Assembly (NCBI RefSeq): GCF_006345805.1
Contig: NW_021826831.1
Location: 1-12,171, forward strand
DNA length: 12,171 bases
Direction: 5' to 3'
Source of the DNA: Octopus sinensis
Lineage: Eukaryota
In this document: positions 1 to 9,100 of the stretch, in pieces
How positions within the stretch are numbered: position 1 is the first letter of the stretch
Layout of the letters: every line of letters starts with the position of its first letter
Notes under the pieces: model-generated
Seen by the model: only the letters and a program-made list of their open reading frames with translations
What the model was told of the DNA's origin: nothing
Databases searched by the model: none
Program-made: the position numbers and the translations under genes

Positions 1-57
1 AATAATAATTAATAACAACAACAACAAGAATAAGAATAAGAATAATAATAATAATAA
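1..57 (+). repeat. (AAT)n microsatellite with AAC/AAG variants; 5' flank of RLE-LINE copy A1
   Basis: Direct reading of the sequence. Confidence 0.95.
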
Positions 58-790
58 CGTGTATGTAAACAACAAAATGAAACCATTGGCCATGTTGTCT
101 CCCTCCACGTGCAGTTTTCTTGCGCCTACAGAGTATCTCAACAGGTATGATAGAGCTGCAGAATATATTCACTGGGTAATTTGAAAAAACCTGGACTTGC
201 CCTATGTAAAAACTGGTGGGGACGCAAACCATTACCGGTGCTAAAGTGATCATATCTCACTCTTCTGGAACTTCACCATCCAAACTGACAGAAAATTAGA
301 TTCGAATAGGTCAGACATTATATTGAAAGACTTCAGACAAAAATCATGCCTCCTCATTAATATGACTGTCCCAATCGATATAAACGTATCTGTCAAGACC
401 AACTAAAGCCTGAGCAAGTATAAAGATCTTGAAATAGAAACCAGCAAAATGTGGAACCTGAAGACTAAAACAATACTTGTTGTCATAGGTGCCCGAGGAA
501 AGATAACAAAAGGAGCTGATTCCTACCTATCTCAGATACCAGGAAACCCCAAAATGGCAGAAATTCAAAAGGATATGGGACCTGCCCATATCCTGCGTAA
601 AATATTGTCTATGTAATCTCAAATTTTAAAACAAACACATAATTTTCTTATGGATTCTTCAACATTCTCTGGAATGATACTATTTGCATAACACGAACTT
701 GAACTTCTAAACTTCTAACTTGTTGTCTCTTGATGTTTCTGGGTGAGACTTGAAGCCAACTTGTACAAATACAAAGAACAAGTCAAACAT
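58..790 (+). mobile_element. 5'-truncated, decayed R4/Dong-like non-LTR retrotransposon (family A, copy A1): end of CCHC zinc knuckle, RLE domain and 3' UTR
   Basis: 58-102 reads RVCKQQNETIGHVVS, then after a frameshift TCSFLAPTEYLNRYDRAAEYIHWVI. 248-616 reads DHISLFWNFTIQTDRKLDSNRSDIILKDFRQKSCLLINMTVPIDINVSVKTN*SLSKYKDLEIETSKMWNLKTKTILVVIGARGKITKGADSYLSQIPGNPKMAEIQKDMGPAHILRKILSM*. This matches the LWDF-x-IQTD...RPDI...KY-x-DL...PVVIGALG pattern of R4-clade RLE. Flanked by (AAT)n on both sides. Confidence 0.9.
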
Positions 791-1190
<400 letters not shown>

Positions 1191-1209
1191 TTACAACAAC
1201 AATTATAAT

Positions 1210-1406
1210 GGTTTCAAATTTTGCCACAATGGTAGCAGTGTGGAAGGAGGAGATGAGTCGATTACATCGACCCCCACTGGTAGTTATTTTATCGACCCCC
1301 TGAAGGATGAGAGGCAAAGTCGACCATGGCGGAATTTGAACTCAGAACACAAAGACGGACAAAGTACCGCTAAGCATTTTGCCCGGCGTGCTAATGATTC
1401 TGTCAG
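1210..1406 (-). mobile_element. tRNA-derived SINE (S2), octopus-type with a Deu/Nin-like central segment
   Basis: Minus strand has an A-box-like TGACAGAATCATTAG and a B-box-like GAGTTCAAATTCC (1331-1343), then GTCGACTTTGCCTCTCATCCTTCAGGGGGTCGATAAAATAACTACCAG. 3' end is AAAATTTGAAACC followed by ATT-like repeats. Confidence 0.85.
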
Positions 1407-1408
1407 AT

Positions 1409-1411
1409 AAT

Positions 1412-1472
<61 letters not shown>

Positions 1473-1494
1473 TAATAATATAATAATAATAATA
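1409..1494 (+). repeat. (AAT)n microsatellite
   Basis: Direct reading. Confidence 0.97.
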
Positions 1495-1857
1495 GTGGAA
1501 GCTGAAGACTAAAACAATACCTGTTGTCATAGGTGCCCTGGGAATGATAGCGAAAGGGGCTGATTGCTACCTAACTCAGATACCAGGAAACCCCAAAATG
1601 GCAGAAATTCAAAAGATAGTGCTCATGGGAACTGCTCATATCCTACGCAAAATACATTCTATGTAATCCCAAGATTTAAAACAAACTTTTTAAAAAAATC
1701 TATGTATTAGACATTCACTAGTACAACACTAAATACAAAACCAAATATATGGCACACTAGGCATAACAACAATACGAACTTCCATCCTGTTGTCTCTTGA
1801 GGTCTCTGGGTGAGACTTGGACCCAACTTGTACAGACATAAAGCAAAAGTCAAACAT
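1495..1857 (+). mobile_element. 5'-truncated R4/Dong-like LINE (family A, copy A2): RLE C-terminus and 3' UTR
   Basis: 1496-1666 is an open frame WKLKTKTIPVVIGALGMIAKGADCYLTQIPGNPKMAEIQKIVLMGTAHILRKIHSM*, clearly paralogous to A1. Shares the A1 terminus ...AAGTCAAACAT and is flanked by AAT repeats. Confidence 0.92.
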
Positions 1858-1860
1858 AGA

Positions 1861-1868
1861 ACAACAAC

Positions 1869-1919
<51 letters not shown>
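1861..1919 (+). repeat. (AAC)n(AAT)n microsatellite
   Basis: Direct reading. Confidence 0.95.
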
Positions 1920-1924
<5 letters not shown>

Positions 1925-2280
1925 GAACACTCAGAGAGCGCAAACCTCCGCCAAAGTAACAGCAATGTCCTCTCAACAATTAGCCGGAGATGATTTTTAA
2001 AATGAGAATATCTAAAATGAACTCGATTGCTCTCACAAGCGAGAATACTAAAAATGAACCCGACCGCTCTCAAAAATTCAGCAAAAAATCCGGAAACATA
2101 ATCCAGAATCCTTGTTCGGGACCAGATCGATCCCAAAGCCTAATCAGTTCGTGCTGTTATGAGGCTAAACATCTCTGAAATTTTCATCCGAATCCATCGA
2201 TCGTTTCTTGAGATATCTTGTCTACGGAAAAAACAAACAAAAGCGACAGAAAGCAATACCTCCACCTTCGGTGAGGTGGA

Positions 2281-2285
<5 letters not shown>
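1920..2285 (-). mobile_element. Non-autonomous Helentron-associated element (HINE, DINE-1-like architecture)
   Basis: On the minus strand: 5' subterminal palindrome TACCTCCACCT-6nt-AGGTGGAGGTA (2257-2284), short (TTTG)n, 3' subTIR GGCGGAGGT (1944-1952), 3' stem-loop GCGCTC-TCT-GAGTGT (1927-1941), terminus CTTGTT, inserted in T-rich (TTA)n. Same module order as DINE-1/HINEs. Confidence 0.8.

Positions 2286-2340
<55 letters not shown>
2286..2340 (+). repeat. (AAT)n microsatellite
   Basis: Direct reading. Confidence 0.97.
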
Positions 2341-2341
<1 letters not shown>

Positions 2342-2574
2342 TCTCGACAAAAAGAACTTGATAAGCTCCGAAAATATAAAGATTGCTGATTGAAATTGAA
2401 AAAAATGTGACATCTCACGATGGTTACAATACCAGTGACTGCGGAAGCACTTATCAAAACTGATCAAAAAGGCAATGATCAAAAGTGAAACTGAAAACTG
2501 TTAGATGATGATACCTGGCTTACCATCCATGCAGGAAGTGCAAAAATTGTCTTGACTGGTACGTCACACGTATT
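2336..2574 (+). mobile_element. Decayed R4/Dong-like LINE fragment (family B, copy B1), RLE C-terminal half, truncated at both ends
   Basis: With frameshifts reads NISTK/ELDKLRKYKD/LIEIEK/M*HLTMVTIPVTAEAL...MIKSETENC*MMIPGLPSMQEVQK/VLTGTSHV; collinear with B2 (11419-11950). Carries a ~20 bp slippage insert (ATCAAAA three times, ~2452-2490). Confidence 0.85.
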
Positions 2575-2682
2575 TTCTTTCCTTTTTCCCCTTATTTTCT
2601 TTGTTATACTTTTTCCTTTTTTTCTTTTTCTTCCTTCTTTCTTCTGTCTTTCTTTCCCCCAGCAACAACAATAATAATAATA
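2575..2682 (+). repeat. Polypyrimidine (T/C) low-complexity tract followed by short (AAC)(AAT)
   Basis: Direct reading. Confidence 0.85.
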
Positions 2683-2729
2683 TTGTTTTCAGTTTTCCAG
2701 CCATGTCATCAAGCAGAGGGTTTGTGGGA

Positions 2730-2933
2730 AGGGCTATAAAATCGATTGCATTTCTTTCTCGGTACTTTTCTTCCTTCCCATTTAGGTTCTCAGGTCAAAT
2801 CACGTGATCGATTTTGGCTTTCATTCTTTTGAGGTCGATAAAATAATGTACATGTCAAGAACAGGGGGTCACATTAATCGACTACACTCTCTCAATCTTA
2901 AGAATGCGTGACTTTGATCCGGGGTTATAAATC
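2730..2933 (+). mobile_element. Old degenerate copy of the same SINE superfamily (S3)
   Basis: GGTTCTCAGGTCAAAT...GATCGATTTTGGCTTTCATTCTTTTGAGGTCGATAAAATAATGTAC...GGGGGTCACATTAATCGACT matches the S2 sense strand; followed by ATT-rich sequence. Confidence 0.65.
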
Positions 2934-2959
2934 ATTATATTATTTGGTTGGTTTATAAA

Positions 2960-3098
2960 TAACTACTACTACTACTACTACAAATAATAATAATAATGAT
3001 AATAATAATAATAATAACAAAAACAATAACTGATAATAATAATAATAATATTAATAATAATAATAGTAATAATAATAAGAGTAATAATAAAAATATTA

Positions 3099-3136
<38 letters not shown>

Positions 3137-3156
3137 TAATAATAATAATAATAATA
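2960..3156 (+). repeat. Compound (ACT)n/(AAT)n microsatellite
   Basis: Direct reading. Confidence 0.95.
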
Positions 3157-3240
3157 CTTTCTAATATAGGTAGAAAGCCTGAAATTCTTTTGGAGACGGG
3201 GCTGATAAATTACCTCGGCCCCAGTGCTCAGCAGACACTT
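3157..3240 (-). mobile_element. SINE 3' fragment (S4)
   Basis: Minus strand CACTGGGGCCGAGGTAATT...AATTTCAGGCTTTCTACCTATATTAGAAAG then (ATT)n; same tail type as 11198-11282. Confidence 0.65.
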
Positions 3241-3731
3241 GCATAGTGCCCATATTAATAGATAATAGTTATGTGTCATTGCACGTTTAAAAACAGAGAG
3301 TGAAAAGGGAGAAAGGGAGCGACAGAGTTTGTGTGTGTGTGTGTTTGTGTGTGTGAGGTGAGACCAGAGATGTGCACTCTAAATTCTGTGTAGTGAAGTT
3401 CGACTTGAAGCTAAGTAATAACAGTGTGGACCATAAATTTGCAATCAAGAAAAAAAAACAATATTTTGCGGTGAAACTTTAAGATAAGATCCAGAACGTT
3501 GCGTCTAATTAGAAAATTATTTAGCTGCAAAGAAGGACAGGCATAACAGTTCATGTGGAAGAAGAGTTATTCTATTAACGCATGTAGTTTGAATAACCTA
3601 TGTCAGAAGATCCTTTCTACAATGGGCATAGAGCATGAAGTCTTTTAGTGGCGGGAACTTTTAGTGGCAAAAACCTCTTGCAATCTCGCAAAAGTTGACA
3701 CATATTTAGGGCTACATGCAGACTGATATGA

Positions 3732-3742
3732 ATATATATCTA

Positions 3743-3791
<49 letters not shown>

Positions 3792-3900
3792 ATATATATA
3801 TATATTATAATATATATTATATATATATATATTAATACAACCATGTATATATATACTATATATATACACATGTATATATACAAATACATACGTATAATAT
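3732..3900. repeat. (TA)n microsatellite grading into TA/CA low complexity
   Basis: Direct reading. Confidence 0.9.
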
Positions 3901-4121
3901 ATATAGATTGTATTGGCACAAAACCATGTAGGTACGCATGTATAAATTATTACATAGCCCACATTCATACATATCCATGTGCATGCATATATTCATGAGC
4001 ACTCGGCCCCCTCCAATATGTATGCATCTATGTATATATATATATTCATATATATAAGCATATATACACACATGGTGTATTACGAAAAGTATGCGAATAT
4101 ATATGTGTGTGTGTAAACATA

Positions 4122-4280
4122 TATATGAATATAGTTACAGATACAAGAGTGGGTGGCTATCTATACCTACATAATGTGTTTGTGTGTGTATGTCTCTCTC
4201 TCTCTCTCTCTAGTTATATATATATATATACGTATCCACATATAGTTCCATACGTTTTATACACACGCAGGCACACACAT
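4122..4280 (+). repeat. Left arm of a long-range inverted repeat (partner 6432-6607) containing a compound (TG)(TC)(TA) microsatellite
   Basis: TATATGAATATAGTTACAGATAC...TGGGTGGCTATCTATACCTACATAATGT...ACGTATCCACAT(A/T)TAGTTCCATAC(G/A)TTTTATACACACG recurs reverse-complemented at 6432-6607; ORF tracks 4107+ and 6386- share GGYLYLHNVFVCVC. Confidence 0.92.
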
Positions 4281-4629
4281 ACACATACACACAAGTTTGA
4301 CAAAGTGTGAATACGTCTCCATATTGATACGTAATTACAGTTTCGACATCGGGGCATATATATATGTGTGTGTATATATTTTTTTTTATTATATTATCTA
4401 ATATTTTTATTCATGGCATAACTCTAATGACATATGTCTATGGGGTAATAAATACGCTTCTATACGGCTCTAATTACGTGTCATCACATACCTACATAGC
4501 AAAATGAGTACCATGAGGGGATACTCGTCTTTGTATTATGTTTTGATACAAAGAAATATTCCTCGATATCGCATATACATTAATGTGTATGTTTAAATGG
4601 TGCAAAATGCATCGTACATTATATGTGTG

Positions 4630-5560
4630 TATGTATGTATAAGATATATATATATATCTTATATAATATATATATATATATAGTGCATATGTGTGTACAT
4701 GTATACATACATACATATATATATATATAATATATATATATAATACATATATATCTTATGTACAATTTCTTTAAATATATGTATATATTGTATATATATG
4801 TATATTAGTATACATATAGGCAAGTGTGTGTATGGACGCATGTAAATTTTTCTAGTAACTTAAATGACAACAGTGAATGGAAATATATGTTACGGATGAG
4901 ATTGTGTTTTATACCTGCGTATAATAATGTATGGTCGTGTCTGTATATGTATGTATGTGTTTCTAAATAGGTATTGTGTATGGCAATTCAAATTCATAAA
5001 CACTCGTTCTAGCAAAAGCACACCCACACACATACACATACACACATACACACACACATGCACATACAAACACGCACACACATAGACATATATGTAAACG
5101 TGCACAAACTCACACACACTTATAAATAAACACACACACGCACACACACACACATGTATATATACGTAGAAAAAATATTGCATAGAGATGGGGAGGGGAG
5201 GAAATGACTAGGAATATTCTTAGCATATATGTGCTTAGGTATACATATATACATATATATACATATATATACACATAGACATATATATATATATGTGTGT
5301 ATATATATGTATATGAATATATGTGTGTGAATGTATGTATGTATCTATGTATGCACGCATGCATATATAATATATATATATTATATATTCATGCGTGTAT
5401 ACATAGATACATACATACATGCACAAGCACACATATATTCATATACATATTGTTTTATACAGATGTGTACACGTATACGCGCGTGTGTGTGCATATATCT
5501 ATTTATCTATTTATATACATATATATATATATATATATATCAATGCATTAACACACAGAC
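4630..5560. repeat. Mixed (TA)n/(CA)n/(TACA)n low-complexity region interrupted by short unique segments
   Basis: Direct reading. Confidence 0.85.
5305..5450. repeat. Spacerless near-perfect palindrome, 146 bp, centre 5375/5376
   Basis: Checked base by base: arms pair with 3 mismatches (5362/5389, 5353/5398, 5330/5421) and one 4-nt insertion (5426-5429). Confidence 0.9.
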
Positions 5561-5613
5561 ATGCATATCTGTGCCTTAATGCCATAGATAAACAGAAGGC
5601 AGACAGGCTGACT

Positions 5614-5669
<56 letters not shown>

Positions 5670-5734
5670 TAGATAGATATATATAAATATAGAGATAGAT
5701 AGACAGGCAGATAGATGGAGAAATAGATGGAGAA

Positions 5735-5800
<66 letters not shown>
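5614..5800 (+). repeat. (GATA)n microsatellite with internal variants
   Basis: Direct reading; includes a 12-bp duplication of ATAGATGGAGAA near 5711-5734. Confidence 0.97.
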
Positions 5801-5801
<1 letters not shown>

Positions 5802-6343
5802 TGTCTTCGAACATTTTGACTTACAACCAAGACAGAAATAGGAACCCAAATAGCTTTGTGATCTACGGTATAGAGAGCATGATCGAAGGCCTATAACTGG
5901 ACACATAGGAACACCAGTGCATTATAGCCACTTAAGAGTATCATACGTACAAGCAAGAACACTGCCTCCCGGTCGGTTTTCTGCTTGTCCCTGAATATTT
6001 ACATATTAATTCCTCAATTGCTTAATGTTCCTATGTTAGGTCAAATTTTCATGTGAATCCATTATTCGTCTAACAGTAACTCAATGGATATATTTAGGAC
6101 GTAACTACAAATGTGTTGCGTCACACTGACTTTCTTTCCCTATAATATTATGTAAAATAGGTAATTATGATTAACGTTTCTTAAAATATCTCTCTGATTG
6201 CGGGAAATTACGATTTTATTGGAATTTATTGTGAGAAACAAAAAAAAACGGATAGGGGCTTATATTTCATGTATCTTTATTTGGTTTGCTCATACGTTAT
6301 GCTGGACCACTTTTGTGACCCACCTGATCCCTATTTATTTTAG

Positions 6344-6412
6344 AGTACTAGATGACCATGTAGGTGATGATTTATCTTTGAGTTTCTATGAAAGAGAGAT
6401 ATTAAGACTGTG
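6344..6412 (+). CDS. Candidate 69-nt internal coding exon (phase 2-2) of an unidentified host gene
   Basis: Acceptor CCCTATTTATTTTAG| with a CTGAT branch-like motif upstream, donor TG|GTAAAA; open frame VLDDHVGDDLSLSFYEREILRL. No transcript evidence. Confidence 0.3.
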
Positions 6413-6431
6413 GTAAAATAGTGAAAGAAAA

Positions 6432-6607
6432 ATGTGTGTCTCCGTGTGTATAAAATGTATGGAACTAAATGTGGATACGTATATAATATATATATATATC
6501 ACTAGAGAGAGAAAGAGAGAGAGAGAGAGACATACACACACACACACAAATACATTATGTAGGTATAGATAGCCACCCAATATAGTATCTGTAACTATAT
6601 TCATATA
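6432..6607 (-). repeat. Right arm of the long-range inverted repeat (partner 4122-4280)
   Basis: Reverse complement aligns to 4122-4280 apart from microsatellite length differences and a few substitutions. Confidence 0.92.
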
Positions 6608-6671
6608 GTGATAGCCTTGTCCTCATCCTTGCTTTAGAGGATTTTCAAGAAACAATAGAATCTTTTCTTTC

Positions 6672-6856
6672 TTTGTTCCCCACCCGCTGCATGAAAACCA
6701 GTGTTGGCTTGTTTAAGTTTCCATAACCTAGTGGTTCGGTAAAATAAGTTCTAGATTTAGGAAATAAGTAAGCACTGGGAGAGATTTCTTTGGGCAAACT
6801 CTTTACAACTGTGCCCCTGGACGGTCGCAATCCGATGACTGAAACAAAACGTAAAG
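6672..6856 (+). mobile_element. Degenerate 3' portion of a common octopus SINE-like repeat
   Basis: AACCAGTGTTGGCTTGTTT...TAACCTAGTGGTTCGGTAAAA...GCACTGGG...ATGACTGAAACAA resembles an abundant octopus SINE tail as I recall it; shares the xACTGGGG motif with the other SINEs here. Not verified. Confidence 0.5.
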
Positions 6857-6943
6857 TACGAATGTATATTTACACTTACATACACAGAGACACTCACTCA
6901 CACAGATATACACACATATATGCAGGCATACATATATATGTAC

Positions 6944-7029
6944 TATATATATATTATATATATAATATATATATTATATATATATATACATGTGTGTGTA
7001 TGTGTGTATATATATATATATATAATATG

Positions 7030-7121
<92 letters not shown>
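6944..7121. repeat. (TA)n microsatellite with an embedded (TG)n patch
   Basis: Direct reading. Confidence 0.95.
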
Positions 7122-7340
7122 TTACGGAGATGTACTCGCATAGCAGTAATTTGATCTGAGATCGTGTGCTGAAACGAAAACATTGCAGCGTGGAAGGTGT
7201 TTATAAGCCATTTAAGAACACTCAAAAGCCGTTCGATTCACTTCAACATTTAAGTTTAAATTAACTTAAATGTTGAAGTGAATCGAACGGCTTTTGTGTG
7301 TTCTTAATGGTTTATAAACACCTTCCACGCTGCAATTGTT
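7122..7340. mobile_element. (TA)n-flanked repeat fragment folded back on itself (tail-to-tail inverted duplication), possibly a Penelope-like terminus
   Basis: Arms 7182-7256 and 7263-7336 with a 6-nt spacer TAAATT; 2 mismatches and 1 single-base indel, inner 34 bp perfect. The Penelope assignment is inference. Confidence 0.55.
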
Positions 7341-7395
7341 ATATATATCATATATAATATATATATATATATATAGATATATATATATATATATA

Positions 7396-7445
<50 letters not shown>
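7341..7445. repeat. (TA)n microsatellite
   Basis: Direct reading. Confidence 0.95.
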
Positions 7446-7456
7446 GTATGTATAAT

Positions 7457-7861
7457 ATACCTGTAATTATTGGGGCTCTGGGATATGTAGCACTGCATAA
7501 ATGCCAATCTTGAGAAATTAGGCTTCTCAAAACCAGAAAGGAGAGAACTGATTCGAAGACTCATACATTCTATCATTGAAATTGTAAAAGTCTTTAAAAG
7601 GCCCAGAAGTTTATTATTTAAGTGTATATGATCATTCTAGATATGCAAGTATATACATGAGATGACATACATAAAACAAAACATACAAATCTGAATGTGT
7701 ACACAGATACATACATACATACATACATACATACATACATACATACATACCCTGTTGTTGATGTTGAAATTTCAATGTAGGAACCTTGGATCTAGGTTAG
7801 AAACCGGCTCTTTCTCTATTGGCAAGAAATCTTCAAAAAAAAAAAAAAAACTAGATAGTGA
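7457..7861 (+). mobile_element. 5'-truncated RLE-type LINE of a third family (D), associated with (TACA/CATA)n
   Basis: 7457-7492 reads IPVIIGALGYVA, then after a frameshift CINANLEKLGFSKPERRELIRRLIHSIIEIVKVFK. PVIIGALG is the same motif as in families A and B. The probable 3' UTR includes (TACA)n 7708-7750 and a TAGG-hairpin-CCGG motif at 7793-7807, and ends at degenerate CATA repeats (7862-7880). Confidence 0.72.
7708..7750 (+). repeat. (TACA)n microsatellite
   Basis: Direct reading. Confidence 0.97.
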
Positions 7862-8171
7862 CATTCATATATACATACATGTATAAAAGAGAGTGGCTAG
7901 CATTCGCATTACACAAAAAACCTGTAAGTGGAACAGTAAAAGTAAGCAAAACTTTTCTGAAGATTAATGATTAGCAGTTATCGTTGCTCTTATCAAAATA
8001 CTAGTAGTGGTACTCCTATCTATCTGTTAGAAACCGGATGCCCTCACATAGGAATAATTCTAAATAAAATGTGAAGGCGCAAACATGCACACGTACAAAC
8101 ATATTTACATGCACACATGTACGCGAACACACACAAATATTTGTATGTATTGGCGTGGCTATCAATTTCAG

Positions 8172-8244
8172 CTTTGATCATACGAGCGAGATTCCGCCTA
8201 GTGTAAGATATATTATGCTTTTCGACTTGAATAACGCTGCGCTG
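8172..8244 (+). CDS. Candidate 73-nt coding exon (phase 2-0), phase-compatible with 6344-6412
   Basis: Acceptor AATTTCAG|, consensus donor CTG|GTAAGT, six CpGs in 73 nt, open frame FDHTSEIPPSVRYIMLFDLNNAAL. Could instead be TE-derived. Confidence 0.3.
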
Positions 8245-8415
8245 GTAAGTAAAAATGTGCTTCTCTTATTTATTGCAGCTGAAATAAAACATTTACTGAC
8301 TAAGTCTGCAGGAGTTGGCAGCCGAAAGCAGTATGAAGCGTTCAAAAGTGCATGTCTGATGTTGTCGGCGTCTTGTTGTAGGATGTTTGCTTGTGAATAT
8401 TTGCATATGTGCGAA

Positions 8416-8715
8416 GGCGCATGGCCTAGTGATTAGGGTGGGTGCGCTTCCGATCTTAACATCATGGTTTCGATTCCCGGACCAACTGGCGCGTTCAGTT
8501 CTTGAGCAAAACACTTCATTTCACGTTGCTCTAGTCCACTTAGCTGTAAATGTATAACCCTGCGACGGACTGGCCTTCCGATCAGGGGGAATGTTGGCCT
8601 GCTCGTCTAGCCAGTGGGGTGGCATTAATCAAGGGCATTGTGACCAGCGATGTATAAGAACATCAGACACTCTGATCGATCTACATAATATACATATCGT
8701 GTCAATCTACGTGAT
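8416..8715 (+). mobile_element. tRNA-derived SINE of a second superfamily with a CORE-like central domain
   Basis: A box TGGCCTAGTGA (8422-8432), B box GGTTTCGATTCC (8466-8477), then TTCTTGAGCAAAACACTTCATTTCACGTTGCTCTAGTCCACTTAGCTGTAAATG (CORE-like) and CCCTGCGACGGACTGGCCTTCCGATCAGGGG. The 3' boundary is approximate. Confidence 0.8.
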
Positions 8716-9016
8716 ATACATATATATGTGTAAACATACAGTGAATATTTAAACACATAAGAGATGGCCATGACAGGACATCTGACACGCTAGAAGGAGC
8801 AGTTAAACTCCAAACCACTATTAGTGGTAATTTCGAAAGGGAATGATAAATAAAAAAATATTTCCCCTCTACTTCCTGTACCATGGTTTCAAGCAATCTT
8901 TAGCAAATAAAATAATTTACTTTGGTGAAGCTCTCGTCAGCAGGAAAGCCAAGATATATATGTGCATGTATGTTAGTGTATGTGTGTGTTTATCTGTGGT
9001 GTATACATGCCTGCAT

Positions 9017-9100
9017 ACACACACACACACACACATATTATATATTATATATTATATATATATATTATATATATATATATATATCTATATATATATATTA
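9017..9100. repeat. (CA)n(TA)n compound microsatellite
   Basis: Direct reading. Confidence 0.95.

Noticed and set aside
2575-2662. Long polypyrimidine tract ending in CCCCCAG, resembling a strong splice acceptor
   Set aside because: It is followed by (AAC)(AAT) repeats and a decayed SINE, with no plausible exon or donor.
4506-4552. Two adjacent small hairpins (GAGTA/TACTC and CTTTGTAT/ATACAAAG)
   Set aside because: Short AT-rich stems are expected by chance here and match no known RNA motif.
3645-7886. YI/CV/HT/LSIY-rich ORFs across the middle of the window
   Set aside because: They are stop-free frames through (TA)n, (CA)n, (GATA)n and (TACA)n repeats.
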